DNA of 64,000 nucleotides, from assembly GCA_964484135.1 (NCBI GenBank), contig CAZAEL010000002.1:4700-68699 (forward strand). The letters run 5' to 3'. A program made the translations under genes and the position numbers. The notes beneath the pieces were generated by a model, which ran no database searches, was not told where the DNA came from, and saw nothing but the letters and a program-made list of their open reading frames with translations. The DNA is from an uncultured Elusimicrobia bacterium (GTDB lineage: Bacteria > Elusimicrobiota > Elusimicrobia > FEN-1173). Below, piece after piece: positions 54,700 through 64,000 of the stretch (positions within the stretch are counted from its first letter, which is position 1; the number at the start of each line of letters is the position of its first letter).

Positions 54700-55062
54700 A
54701 TGGCGAAAAAACGCATCCTTCTGGTGGAAGACCACGAGGACGTGTACGAGTTCGTGTCCCTCTTCCTGGAGGACAAGGGCTATCTGGTGGCGGTGGCCAA
54801 GGACGGCCGGGAGGGGATCGACAAGGTCAAGGAGTTCAGGCCGGACCTGGTCATCCTGGACCTGATGATGCCCCGGATGGACGGTTTCTCCGTGCTGAAG
54901 CTGCTCATGGGCATGGACGCCCCGCCCAAGGTCCTGGTGCTCTCCGCCATTCAAAAGATGGAGGGCGTGGAAGAGGCCATGCGGCTGGGCGCCAGCGGGT
55001 ACGTCACCAAGCCCGTGGAGGGCGAGCGGCTCTTGAAAAAGGTCCAGAGCCTGGTGTCTTGA
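54700..55062 (+). CDS. Single-domain (CheY-like) response regulator
   Basis: ILLVEDHEDV...DLVILDLMMPRMDG...VLVLSA...KP. Confidence 0.8.
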   Translation: MAKKRILLVEDHEDVYEFVSLFLEDKGYLVAVAKDGREGIDKVKEFRPDLVILDLMMPRMDGFSVLKLLMGMDAPPKVLVLSAIQKMEGVEEAMRLGASGYVTKPVEGERLLKKVQSLVS

Positions 55063-55165
55063 CCGTTCCCGGGGAATTTGGGAAAATCAGTCCGTTTCCC
55101 TCGCCCGGACGTCCCGACGGATTCGCTCCACCGCCCTTGAACCATTCTTTAAGGAGGCAACGCCG

Positions 55166-55492
55166 ATGATCATTTTCTTCGCGGTTTGCGCAGGTCTTTT
55201 CCTGGCGGCGGTGATCGTGGTGTCCGTGTATCTGGTGCAGACGCTCGTCCAGGTTCGGCGGACGGCCAGGTCCTACGAGGTCCTGGCGGACCGCGTCTCC
55301 GAAGAGCTGGGCAAGGTGCAGAGCTTCACCAACGCCGCGGCCCGGGTGAGCGAGTTCATGGGGGGCACCGTGGGCCGCACCGCGTCCCTGGTCTTCCACC
55401 TGGTCAGCGGGTTCGTGAAGAACCTCCGGGAGGAAAAAGGGAAAGGCTCGCCGGGAGAATCATCCGAGGGCCGCGACGCTTCCCGTTTATAG
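55166..55492 (+). CDS. DUF948 family membrane protein
   Basis: N-terminal TM helix MIIFFAVCAGLFLAAVIVVSVYLV followed by a coiled region; AAGGAGG RBS. Confidence 0.6.
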   Translation: MIIFFAVCAGLFLAAVIVVSVYLVQTLVQVRRTARSYEVLADRVSEELGKVQSFTNAAARVSEFMGGTVGRTASLVFHLVSGFVKNLREEKGKGSPGESSEGRDASRL

Positions 55493-55501
55493 GAGGGGTC
55501 C

Positions 55502-55780
55502 ATGAGCGAAGATTCCAGAGGCGGAGACACGTTGTTGGCGTTTTTGTTGGGCGGCGCCCTGGGCCTGGCCGCGGGGCTGTTCTTCGCCCCGCGCACGGGC
55601 AAGGAAACCCGGCGCCGGTTCCGGAAATGGATGGAAGAGCTGGAGGACAAGGGGGAAGACCTCCTGGAGCAGGGCCGCGAATGGGTGGAAGAAGGCAAGG
55701 AGGCCGTGAAGGAGAAGGCGGACCAGCTCAGGCGCGCCGTGGACGGCGGACGCAAGCCCCGGGCCGGCGCCCGGGAATAG
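55502..55780 (+). CDS. YtxH-like domain protein (DUF948 partner)
   Basis: LLAFLLGGALGLAAGLFFAPRTGKETRRR is typical of the YtxH domain; AGGAGGGG RBS. Confidence 0.6.
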   Translation: MSEDSRGGDTLLAFLLGGALGLAAGLFFAPRTGKETRRRFRKWMEELEDKGEDLLEQGREWVEEGKEAVKEKADQLRRAVDGGRKPRAGARE

Positions 55781-56079
55781 GCGGGGCCGAGAGCAAAATT
55801 TATTCCGTTTAAGAAGGGTCGACGAAGCCGAATAGGCTTCAGGCTTGAATCGTGGTCCGAGAGAAAGCGAGGCCGATTCGGGCGCGACGGACGGGAGATT
55901 TTTCCATTTAGGAGGGGTTCAGCGGAGCGTTCCGCATGGAATGCGGAGAAGCGAAGCGCCGATGAACGGGGAACCCAGGTTCCCCTTGGGGAGCGCGCGG
56001 ACCGCCCAAACCTCCAAAGGTCCGCGTTATCGAACCCGAGGCTGCCGACCAAACGGGAGGCAACGGAGGGCGCGACAGA

Positions 56080-56156
56080 GGTGGGTATAGCTCAGCGGTT
56101 AGAGCGTTCGGCTGTGGCCCGAAAGGTCGGGGGTTCAAATCCCCTTACCCACCCCA
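56080..56156 (+). tRNA. tRNA-His (anticodon GTG) with genomically encoded G-1 and 3' CCA
   Basis: Manual cloverleaf: acceptor GTGGGTA/TACCCAC; D-arm GCTC-AGCGGTTA-GAGC; anticodon arm TTCGG-CTGTGGC-CCGAA (GTG at positions 34-36); T-arm GGGGG-TTCAAAT-CCCCT; discriminator C73 pairs with G-1 at 56080. Confidence 0.9.
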
Positions 56157-56381
56157 TTTTTGACAGGTATCAAAACCAGCCCCTCCTGGGACACTCCCCA
56201 GTTGAGGGCTGGCAGGGGTCGCAGGGATAGCCGCACCACGCCGTTCCGTTCATCGTAGATCGCCCCAGCCGCCGTCGTTGCATAAACCCCCTGCGCTCCA
56301 TCGGTCCTAAGGTCTGAAAAATCCCATCAAAGTTCTGTAAACCGCCCCTAAGCCCCCGGCTTCTCCCGTTCCGGAAAGGTC

Positions 56382-57899
56382 TTAGGCGGCGGTGTTCCGG
56401 AACACCTCTTCCACCGTGGTCAGCCCCCGAAAAACGCATTCCAGGCCGCTTTGGCGCAAAGTGGTGAGCCCTTGCACCTCCGGGGTTTTGAGCAGCGCCT
56501 CCGCCGGCTGGCTGGACAAGAGGCTTTCCCGGACCGTGTCCGTGACGACCAGGAGCTCGAAGATGCCCCGGCGGCCGTGATACCCGGTGCCCTGACACTG
56601 CCAGCAGCCGGTGGCGCGGTAAAACGCGCCCTCGTCCAATTTGGCCCTGTCCGGGTAAAGGTTTTCCAGAAGACGGCGCGGCGGGCGGTAGGGTTGCCGG
56701 CAGTGGGGACAGAGGAGCCGGATCAGGCGCTGGGCCAGGACGGCCCGGATGGTGGAGGCGATCATGTGGGGTTCCAGCTTCATGTCCATCAGGCGGTTCA
56801 GGGTGCCGACGGCGTTGTTGGTGTGGAGCGTGGAAAGCACGAGGTGCCCGGTCATGGAGGCCCGCATGGCGATTTCGGCGGTCTCGAAATCGCGGATCTC
56901 TCCCAGCATGATGACGTCCGGGTCCTGGCGCAGGGCGGCGCGCAGCCCGCTCGCGAACGTCAGGCCGATCTTGGGGTTGACCTGCACCTGCGTGATGCCC
57001 ATTTCGTTCGCGCAGTTGGCCAGGAGTTCGTATTCGATGGGGTCTTCGAAGGTGACGACGTTTTTGAGCGGGGACTTGATCCGGTTCAGCACGGTGTAGA
57101 GGGTGGTGGTCTTGCCGCTCCCCGTCGGTCCGGTGACCAGGATGATCCCGTTGGGGCTTTCGATGAGTTCTTCGAACGCGCTCTGCAGGGCGGGGGCGAG
57201 TCCCAGGGCGTCCAGCTGAAGAGTCAATTGGCCTTTGTCCAGGAGGCGGATCACGAACTTTTCCCCGTATTTGGCCGGCAGTGTGGAGACGCGCAGGTCC
57301 ACCATCTTGCCTTTGTGGGAGAACTGGATTTGACCGTCCTGGGGAAGACGCCGTTCCGTGATGTCCATGGCGGCCAGCACCTTGATGCGGGAGCCGATGA
57401 CCGCCTGGAGGTCGCGGGGAAAGGCGTGGATGGTCCTGAGGGCGCCGTCCACCCGGAAGCGGACGAACAGGGCGTTGCTCTGGGGTTCCAGGTGGATGTC
57501 GCTGGCGCGCTGCTCCAGCGCCAGTCGAAAGAGTTTTTCCACCACCGGGCCCGCGTGCGTCTCGGCGTCGCCGGGGTCCCGGCCCCGCCGCTGGAGCTTG
57601 ACGTCCAGGTCGGGGGAGTGGGCGGAGCTGTTTTCCAGGTAGTGCTTCTGGATGAGACGGTCCAGCGCGTCCTCGGAGACGGCCGCCACGTCCGGCTCCA
57701 GGCCCGTCAGGAGGCGCACGAAGTCCAGCGCTTCCGTGTCCTCCGGGTTGACCATGGCCAGCCGGAGCCGGTCCTCCGTGGCGCGCAGGGGGAAGACCCG
57801 CAGGCGGCGGACGTAGTCGAAGGGGACGAGGCTCAGCGTCTTGGCGGAAATCTCCTCCTGCGGGAGGTCCTGCAAGAGGCCGGAGGCCGGGGCGTTCAT
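56382..57899 (-). CDS. GspE/PilB-family type II secretion / type IV pilus ATPase
   Basis: Walker A GPTGSGKTT, T2SSE N-terminal domain, C-terminal CxxC ... CxxC zinc motif (CPHCRQ ... CWQCQGTG). Confidence 0.8.
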   Translation of the reverse strand: MNAPASGLLQDLPQEEISAKTLSLVPFDYVRRLRVFPLRATEDRLRLAMVNPEDTEALDFVRLLTGLEPDVAAVSEDALDRLIQKHYLENSSAHSPDLDVKLQRRGRDPGDAETHAGPVVEKLFRLALEQRASDIHLEPQSNALFVRFRVDGALRTIHAFPRDLQAVIGSRIKVLAAMDITERRLPQDGQIQFSHKGKMVDLRVSTLPAKYGEKFVIRLLDKGQLTLQLDALGLAPALQSAFEELIESPNGIILVTGPTGSGKTTTLYTVLNRIKSPLKNVVTFEDPIEYELLANCANEMGITQVQVNPKIGLTFASGLRAALRQDPDVIMLGEIRDFETAEIAMRASMTGHLVLSTLHTNNAVGTLNRLMDMKLEPHMIASTIRAVLAQRLIRLLCPHCRQPYRPPRRLLENLYPDRAKLDEGAFYRATGCWQCQGTGYHGRRGIFELLVVTDTVRESLLSSQPAEALLKTPEVQGLTTLRQSGLECVFRGLTTVEEVFRNTAA

Positions 57900-58276
57900 T
57901 GGGGCGCTCCCGTCCGGTTCAGCATTTGTTCGACGGATCGGAGGAGCCGGAGGTGGTCGAAGGGTTTGGTCAGGTATTCATCGGCCCCGCTCTCCCATCC
58001 GCGCAGCTCTTCGATCTGCTGGGTCCGGGCCGTCAGCATGATCACGGGGATGCCCCGGGTTTCCCGGTCCTGGCGGAGCTGGCGGCAGACCTGCCAGCCG
58101 TCCATCCGCGGCATCATCACGTCGAGGATGATGAGGGACGGTTTCTGTTCGCCGGCCAGGCGCAGGCCGTCCATCCCGTTTTCCGCCTCGATGACGCGGT
58201 GGCCGGCCTGTTCAAGGCGGATCCGGACGACCTCGCGGTTCTGCGGGTCGTCGTCGATGACGAGTATCTGTTTCAT
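57896..58276 (-). CDS. Single-domain response regulator (126 aa)
   Basis: MKQILVIDDDPQNREV...LIILDVMMPRMDG...TKP; the start overlaps the upstream histidine kinase stop. Confidence 0.75.
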   Translation of the reverse strand: MKQILVIDDDPQNREVVRIRLEQAGHRVIEAENGMDGLRLAGEQKPSLIILDVMMPRMDGWQVCRQLRQDRETRGIPVIMLTARTQQIEELRGWESGADEYLTKPFDHLRLLRSVEQMLNRTGAPQ

Positions 58277-60228
58277 GGCAGCACCTCTTTCTTGCCGGCG
58301 AGGCGTTCTTTCAGCGCGCCGATGATTTCGGGAAGGCTTTTGGATCCCTTGCGCAACACCATCTCCACGCGTTTTTCCAGGAAGCCGGTCTCCTCCGCGG
58401 TCAGGCGCTTGCCCGTGACCACGATCACGCGCGTCTTGCCGAGGGCCGGATCGCTCTCCATGGCCTGGAGCACGTCGAAGCCGCTCATGTCCGGCATCAT
58501 CAGGTCCAGGAAGAGGACGTCCGGCCGCCCGGCCCTGAGCCGTTCCAGGGCCTGTTTCCCCGCGCCGCAGACCTCCACCTCGTACCCCTGGCTTTTGAGA
58601 ACCTCCCGCAACAGGCCGGACATGAACTCGTCGTCGTCCAGGACCATGACCTTCGTGGGCCGGGCCGTTTCCAGGGCGCCGAGCTTGTCCAGGAGGTTCT
58701 GCCGGGTGAAGGGTTTGACGAGGTAGTCGGCCACGCCGAGGGAAAACCCCAGGGACTTGTTCTCCATGATGGAGACGATCATGACCGGGATGGCGCGCAG
58801 GACGGGGTCGCTCTTCAGGATCTGGAGCACGGCCCATCCGTCCTGGTGCGGCATCATGATGTCCAGGGTGATGACCGACGGCCTGAGCTTCCGGGCCAGG
58901 GCGAGCCCTTCCTCCCCGCTCTGGGCGCCGATGAAGGAAAACCCGGACCCCTGCAGGCTGTCGCGCAGGAGGTTGAGGACTTCCGGATCGTCGTCGATGG
59001 CCAGGAGGGTCTTCCGCCCGTCCGCGGGGCCGGCGGGTTCCGGCGCCTCCCCGGTCCCTTCCGGCGCTTCCTCCTGCCGGTCCAGGGGGAGGGTGACCGA
59101 GAAGACGCTGCCCCGCCCCGGGGCGCTTTCCACGCCGATGTCCCCGCCCAGGAGTTCCGAGAGCTTTTTGCAGATGGACAGGCCCAGCCCCGTGCCGGAA
59201 TATTCCCGCGTGCTGGAGGTGTCCAGCTGGGTGAATTTTTCGAAGAGCAGGGGGATGTCCTCCTTCCGGATGCCGATGCCGGTGTCGCGGACGCTCAGCC
59301 GCAGCCGGGGTTCCCCCGGCAGCCTCTCCGCGGCGACGCGGACGGATCCGGCGGCGGTGAACTTGATGGCGTTGCCGACGAGGTTGATGAGGAGCTGTTT
59401 GACCTTGGTCTTGTCGCTTTTGACGGTCAGATCCGGGGGGGCGTCCCAGGCGAGCTCCAGATCCTTCTGTCGGGCCAGCGATTCCGTGGTTTCGGCCACC
59501 TCCCGCACCAGGTCCGCGACCCGGAACCGCTCGATGCACACCGGCATGCGGCCCGCGGTCAGCTTGGACAGGTCCAGGATGTTGTTGATGAGCTGGAGGA
59601 GGTTTTTCGCGTTGGCCTCGACGCGCCGCAGCCCCTGTTTCTGTTTGTCCGTGACGTCCCCGTACACGCCGTCGAGCATGAGGGAGTTGTAGCCCACGAT
59701 GGCGTTCAAGGGGGTTCGGAGCTCGTGGCTCATGTTCGCCAGGAATTCGGATTTCAGACGGTTCAGCTCCTGGAGCTCGTTGACCCGCTGGTTCAGGCGC
59801 CTCTTGTCCAGCGCGCGGTCAATGAGCCGGCGGAGGTCCTCCAGTTGGAAGGGTTTCGTGATGTAGTCGTAGGCCCCCCGCTTCATGCTCTCGATGGCGG
59901 TGGCGATGGTGGCGTGGCCCGTGATGATGATGACCTCCACCTTGGGGTCGTTTGCCTTGATGGCGCTGAGAGCCTCCAGCCCGCCCAGTTTGGGCATGGT
60001 CAGGTCGGAGACGACGACGTCCACGGCCTTTTCCCCGGCGGTCCTGATCCCGTCCTCCCCGTTGTCCGCCGTGAAGACCTCGTGCCCGCGGCTCTGGAGC
60101 TCGAAGCGGAGCAGGTCGCGGAAGCCCTGTTCGTCGTCGATCACCAGCACGCGGGGCGTTCCGGCCGCCGCGCCGGCGGCGGCCGGGGCCCGGTTCTTCG
60201 CGGACGCGATTTCGGTCAGGGGGATCAT
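58273..60228 (-). CDS. Hybrid sensor histidine kinase (REC-HisKA-HATPase_c-REC-REC)
   Basis: H-box SHELRTPLNAI, G-box GTGLGLSICKKL, three receiver domains each with D ... D ... K. Confidence 0.8.
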   Translation of the reverse strand: MIPLTEIASAKNRAPAAAGAAAGTPRVLVIDDEQGFRDLLRFELQSRGHEVFTADNGEDGIRTAGEKAVDVVVSDLTMPKLGGLEALSAIKANDPKVEVIIITGHATIATAIESMKRGAYDYITKPFQLEDLRRLIDRALDKRRLNQRVNELQELNRLKSEFLANMSHELRTPLNAIVGYNSLMLDGVYGDVTDKQKQGLRRVEANAKNLLQLINNILDLSKLTAGRMPVCIERFRVADLVREVAETTESLARQKDLELAWDAPPDLTVKSDKTKVKQLLINLVGNAIKFTAAGSVRVAAERLPGEPRLRLSVRDTGIGIRKEDIPLLFEKFTQLDTSSTREYSGTGLGLSICKKLSELLGGDIGVESAPGRGSVFSVTLPLDRQEEAPEGTGEAPEPAGPADGRKTLLAIDDDPEVLNLLRDSLQGSGFSFIGAQSGEEGLALARKLRPSVITLDIMMPHQDGWAVLQILKSDPVLRAIPVMIVSIMENKSLGFSLGVADYLVKPFTRQNLLDKLGALETARPTKVMVLDDDEFMSGLLREVLKSQGYEVEVCGAGKQALERLRAGRPDVLFLDLMMPDMSGFDVLQAMESDPALGKTRVIVVTGKRLTAEETGFLEKRVEMVLRKGSKSLPEIIGALKERLAGKKEVLP

Positions 60229-60268
60229 GGTCGTCTCCGTTCTTGCGACATGCCCGGCGCGGTCCGCG

Positions 60269-62398
60269 TCACCAGCGCAGGGAGAGCCTGGCGCCGAGGT
60301 TGCGTCCCCGCGGGGAATAGACGCCGGTGTTGACCGCCAGCCCCACGGGGTCCCGGTTGTCCAGCGCGTTGTGGACGAAAAGGGTGAAGTCCAGGGGGCC
60401 CTTGAGGAGGGAGGAGCCCGTGAGGGCGATGTCCAGGGATTGCTCTCCTTTCAGGGTGTCGTTCTGGCCCGCGTACGCCGCGGTCTGGATGGGGCGGACG
60501 TACCGCATGTAAGCCCATCCGTTCAGGTTGACGTTGAGGAAATGCGTCCGGCTGACGGCCCAGTCCACGCCCAGGTTGTAGATGTGCCGGGGGTGGTTCA
60601 TGAACGCGTCTTGGGAATCGGTGAGGGAGCCCGCGCTGAGCCGCGGGGTGAGCAGGCTGGCTTTGGCCAGGGAATAGTTGCCGTAAGCCGCCCAGCGGCT
60701 CCCCAGGTGTTTTTTGCCTTCCACCTCCACGCCGCGCGTCACCGCGTCTCCCAGCGTTTTATAACCCTGCGGCAGGACGGTGTCGAAGGACAGGTAGTCC
60801 TTGATCTTCATGTAGAAGCCCGTGACCGCGGCGTAGTCCTTGCGCCTTTTCCAGAACAATTGGAAATCGTGGCTCTGGATGCGCTCCGACAGCCCGACAC
60901 GGGTGATGCCTTGGGTGGGCCCGCGGGAGGTGTCCGCGATGACGCCCACGGTCTTGGAGTACACGGCGGGGGGCCTCAGGTAGCCCGTGTTCAGCACGTA
61001 CTTGGCGGTCAGGGATCCGCCCAGCGCCTGGATCAGGCCCGCGCGGGGAAGGAACACCCATTTGTCCTCCCGGAAGTCGTTTTTGTCGTACCGCGCCCCG
61101 CAGAAAAACGTGGTCCTGTCTTGGAAGAGGCGCAGGCTGTTCTCGAAATAAAGCGCCAGGTTGTTGTCGTGGCCGGATTCCACGCCGATGTAAGGCAGGG
61201 AGGTGGAGGAGGCCACATTGAGGAAGGAATTGAACCGGGCGTCCCGGTTCGGCCCCACCTTGGTGCGCACGCCTTTCACGCCCAATTGGAGATCGTCGTT
61301 TTCGGCCACGCGGACGGTGCCGGTGAGCTCCGTGCCGAAGGCCAGCTCTTCGTTGCTTTGGTCCTGCATGGCGCCGGCGGAGGCGTTGTCCAGGAAGAGG
61401 GCCGTGTCCCGGGGGAAGCGGTTCTGCAGGAGAAGGTCCGCGTAAAGGATGTGTTGCAGGTCCAGGCGGCCCCCGAAGAGGGAGCCTTCCCGCTGGTGCT
61501 CGACGTAGGCTTTGCGCATGGACAGGTCGGAGCCCGGCTTGCCCAGCCAGCCGTCCCACGGATAGGCCACGTTGCTCTGCGCCACCCGCGCCAGGAAGCG
61601 CCCTTTGTCCGTGGCCAGTTTGGCGTACATTTCGTACCCTTCCCGGTGCTGGTCCAGGGCGGGCCAGTCGCCCACCTCGCCCCAGGGGAACTCCACGTTG
61701 CCGTTGACGCCGGCGGCGTCGGTTTTCGTCCAGGCGGCCCCGGTCCCGGTCCTGTCCTTCCGGTTGAACCCGCTGGACTTCCAATAACCGGCGGAGATGA
61801 TCCCCTTCAGGCCCCGTTCGGCGTCCAGCGAGTACATATAGTTTCCGTTGGTCATCCCGTCCCCGCCGCCGTACGCGAACGCGGCCGCGTTCCTGCGGCC
61901 GTCGAGCCCGTCCCGCGTGATCAGGTTGATGATGCCGTACACCGCGCTGGACCCCCAAAGCACCGACCCCGGCCCGCGGATGATTTCGATCCGCTCCACC
62001 TTGTCCAGGACCGGCAGGTTGTCCTGTTGCTGGTATCCCTGGCCCACGATGCTGTTCTGCTGGTGGCCGTCCACCAGGAACAGGATGTGGTCGTTGCCGT
62101 CGGCCATGAGGCCCCGGCTGCCCACCAGCATCCAGGTGGCCTGGGCGGAGGGGAAAAAGCCCGGAACCCGCTTCAGGACGTCGTAGACCGTGCGCGCCCC
62201 GGACCGGACGATGTCCTCCCGCGTGACGACGGTCATGACGGAGGTGGCGTTTTCCAGTTCCTGGGACGTTTTGGAGGCCGTCACCACCTGGGGCAGGTCC
62301 AGGAACAGGATGTCTTCCGTCCCTTCCATCCCCCGGACGGGGAGAAGGCCGCCGGACAGAAGGGCCAGGGCCACGCCCGCGCGCCACGCCGTTTTCAT
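60269..62398 (-). CDS. TonB-dependent outer-membrane receptor (plug + beta-barrel); start taken at MKTAWRAG (the ORF extends to 62425)
   Basis: Signal peptide, plug-domain motifs, C-terminal ...LSLRW terminal aromatic. Confidence 0.75.
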   Translation of the reverse strand: MKTAWRAGVALALLSGGLLPVRGMEGTEDILFLDLPQVVTASKTSQELENATSVMTVVTREDIVRSGARTVYDVLKRVPGFFPSAQATWMLVGSRGLMADGNDHILFLVDGHQQNSIVGQGYQQQDNLPVLDKVERIEIIRGPGSVLWGSSAVYGIINLITRDGLDGRRNAAAFAYGGGDGMTNGNYMYSLDAERGLKGIISAGYWKSSGFNRKDRTGTGAAWTKTDAAGVNGNVEFPWGEVGDWPALDQHREGYEMYAKLATDKGRFLARVAQSNVAYPWDGWLGKPGSDLSMRKAYVEHQREGSLFGGRLDLQHILYADLLLQNRFPRDTALFLDNASAGAMQDQSNEELAFGTELTGTVRVAENDDLQLGVKGVRTKVGPNRDARFNSFLNVASSTSLPYIGVESGHDNNLALYFENSLRLFQDRTTFFCGARYDKNDFREDKWVFLPRAGLIQALGGSLTAKYVLNTGYLRPPAVYSKTVGVIADTSRGPTQGITRVGLSERIQSHDFQLFWKRRKDYAAVTGFYMKIKDYLSFDTVLPQGYKTLGDAVTRGVEVEGKKHLGSRWAAYGNYSLAKASLLTPRLSAGSLTDSQDAFMNHPRHIYNLGVDWAVSRTHFLNVNLNGWAYMRYVRPIQTAAYAGQNDTLKGEQSLDIALTGSSLLKGPLDFTLFVHNALDNRDPVGLAVNTGVYSPRGRNLGARLSLRW

Positions 62399-62444
62399 CG
62401 GGGTTCTCCTTTCCGGGGCGTTCATCGGCGGTTCCTTCGGGGGC

Positions 62445-63050
62445 TCACGGCGCGCCCGGGGTTTGGGCTTCCTCGGGGATGTCGAGGAGCAGTCCGAAAA
62501 TTTTCCTGGCCTCCCAGGAGATAAAGGGGAACGGCAAAAGGGCGTCCACGACCGGAGAATCGGCCGGCGCGCGGCCGGCGCCGCCCGACAGCGCCGCCAC
62601 CCGGACGTGGGCCAGGCTCGGGTTCCGCCGGAGCTCCGCGCAGAAATGCGCTCCCCGCCTTCCGGGGAGGCGGTTGAGCACCACCACGTCCGGCCGGGAG
62701 CGCGCCAGATCCGTCGCGGCCGTGGCCTCGTCCGTTTCCATGACGGTGAGGGTGGGGAACGTTTCTTCCAGGAACCGCCGGAGGCGGACGCGTTTCCGGG
62801 GGCTCAGGCCGACCAGGACGATGGATTTGTCCCCGTTTCGCCAACCGGAGGGAAGCGGGATGTTGTGGTTGCGCAGAAAAAGGAAAAAATCGGATTTTCT
62901 GATGCGCCTGTGCCCGCCCGGCGTGCGGAAGGCCCTTAACTTTCCCTGGGCGGTCCAGGAGATCACCGTGCGCGGGTCCACGCAGAGGAGCCGGGCGATG
63001 TCCGCGGTGCTGAAAATCAACTGGTGGGGCGACGGCTGAGGTCGGTCCAT
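62445..63050 (-). CDS. MerR/excisionase-type HTH fused to receiver-like domain
   Basis: FSTADIARLLCVDPRTVISW (HTH) then IVLVGL...DVVVLNRLPG (REC-like). Confidence 0.55.
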   Translation of the reverse strand: MDRPQPSPHQLIFSTADIARLLCVDPRTVISWTAQGKLRAFRTPGGHRRIRKSDFFLFLRNHNIPLPSGWRNGDKSIVLVGLSPRKRVRLRRFLEETFPTLTVMETDEATAATDLARSRPDVVVLNRLPGRRGAHFCAELRRNPSLAHVRVAALSGGAGRAPADSPVVDALLPFPFISWEARKIFGLLLDIPEEAQTPGAP

Positions 63051-63302
63051 TGGATTTTTCTCTTTTTCCGGGTTCCCTCTGGTTTTCCCGTTTTTCCGGC
63101 CTTTCCGATTTTAGGATGTCCCCGGAGGGGGTCGCTGTCCATGCAACAAAAAAACAACGTCCGCCGGGCCGTCCCGGGGCGGGGCGGCGGAAAGATCAAC
63201 AAAAGATCAACGGGCCCCTTGCCGCCCGGCGGAGCTTCCGGGGGCGGGCCGGCCCGGAAAGAGGGAGCGGCGGGGGGGACTTTTTTTATAGAATGAGAGC
63301 CC

Positions 63303-63983
63303 GTGGACCCCGCCCGTTCCGATATCGGAAAATTCCTCGGCTCCGTTGAGCCGTTCGATGCGCTTTCCGCACAAGACCTCCGGCGCATCGCCCGCGTTTC
63401 CCGCGTCAGATCCTATGCCAAAGGGGAGACCGTCTTCAGCGAGGGGGAGGCGGCCGACAGCGTCTGGGTCCTGCTGAAGGGCCGGGTGCAGATCTTCAAG
63501 CACATCGCCGCCGGCAGGCCCCTGGCCCTGGAAAGCCTCCGGCCCGGGGAGATTTTCGGAACCCTTTGCCGGCTGGGGGCCGGCGGGCGGCGCTATCCGT
63601 GCACGGCCGTGTGCGCGTCCGCCGTGTGGGCGGTCCGGATCCCGGAGGAGACGTTTTTGGAGCATTACATGAAGAGCCCGGGCCTGATGCGGGGGATTTG
63701 CGTGCTGTGCTCCGAGAGGCTCAGAGACATGCAGGACCTTCGGTGCATGGGGCAGGAGCCGGTGCCCGTCCGGATCGCCGCGACCCTGTTGCGCCTGCAC
63801 CAGTCCCACGGGAAGACCATCCCCCTCGCCAAACGGGAAATCGCCGAGCTGGTCGGCGCGGCGGTGGAGACGGCCTTCCGCGCCATGTCCGACCTGCAAA
63901 GGAAGGGGGTCCTCACGTCGCGCTACGGAAGGGTGCACCTTGAGAAACCGGAGGAGTTGAGGAAGATCATCGGAAATCCGTAA
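63303..63983 (+). CDS. Crp/Fnr-family transcriptional regulator (cNMP-binding + HTH); GTG start
   Basis: cNMP-binding beta-roll GETVFSEGEAADSVWVLLKGRVQIF; C-terminal HTH REIAELVGAAVETAFRAMSDLQRKGVL. Confidence 0.75.
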   Translation: MDPARSDIGKFLGSVEPFDALSAQDLRRIARVSRVRSYAKGETVFSEGEAADSVWVLLKGRVQIFKHIAAGRPLALESLRPGEIFGTLCRLGAGGRRYPCTAVCASAVWAVRIPEETFLEHYMKSPGLMRGICVLCSERLRDMQDLRCMGQEPVPVRIAATLLRLHQSHGKTIPLAKREIAELVGAAVETAFRAMSDLQRKGVLTSRYGRVHLEKPEELRKIIGNP

Positions 63984-64000
63984 AAAAATCCCCCGCGGAT

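Noticed and set aside
55781-56079. 300-nt gene-free region upstream of tRNA-His containing hairpin GGGGAACC-CA-GGTTCCCC, and ORF 55845..56090
   Set aside because: The ORF overlaps the tRNA and has no RBS. The region may hold the tRNA promoter or a small RNA, but nothing in the sequence alone supports a specific call.

Overview
This is a high-GC (about 65-70%) bacterial chromosomal segment, coding almost end to end, with four recognisable blocks.

(1) A 5'-truncated giant ORF fills 1..15768 (+ strand). The in-frame reading from position 1 to the first Met at 49 has no stop, so the gene continues upstream of the window. It encodes at least 5,255 aa. In one frame it combines three multi-pass transmembrane modules, a PLP-dependent fold-type-I (class V aminotransferase-like) domain, a HemK/PrmC-like SAM methyltransferase domain, a degenerate GGDEF-like (GGDEY) domain, an HExxH motif and C-terminal HEAT/PBS-lyase repeats. 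I do not recognise this architecture as a described family; it is the most unusual object in the window.

(2) A roughly 38-kb supercluster of nucleotide metabolism genes runs from 15.9 to 54.3 kb on the + strand. In order: thyX, purA, carA, carB, nrdR, nrdJ, dcd, a guaB-family gene, guaA, purC, purS, purL, purQ, purF, purD, pyrR, pyrB, pyrC, pyrD, pyrF, pyrE, purM, purN, purB. Non-pathway genes are wedged between them:
- a VWA-DUF1080 secreted protein;
- a small His/Cys protein followed by a T4-endoV-type pyrimidine-dimer glycosylase;
- DUF1801;
- a GGDEF-CBM48 diguanylate cyclase;
- a roughly 40% GC DUF4062/TIR-like gene inserted directly against guaA;
- an SGNH hydrolase;
- a Cys-cluster secreted protein;
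- a Rieske protein.

(3) tRNA-His lies at 56080..56156.

(4) A minus-strand signalling/secretion cluster carries a GspE-like ATPase, a response regulator, a hybrid histidine kinase, a TonB-dependent receptor and an HTH-REC protein. A + strand Crp/Fnr regulator follows.

Non-genic structure includes three copies of a ~66-bp palindromic element. Each carries an embedded mini-ORF whose start or stop overlaps the flanking pur/pyr genes. A 22-nt motif is shared by the dcd and guaB-family leaders. There are AT-rich NrdR-box-like palindromes plus a uORF ahead of nrdR-nrdJ, and several hairpin terminators. No CRISPR array, rRNA or obvious transposase is present.
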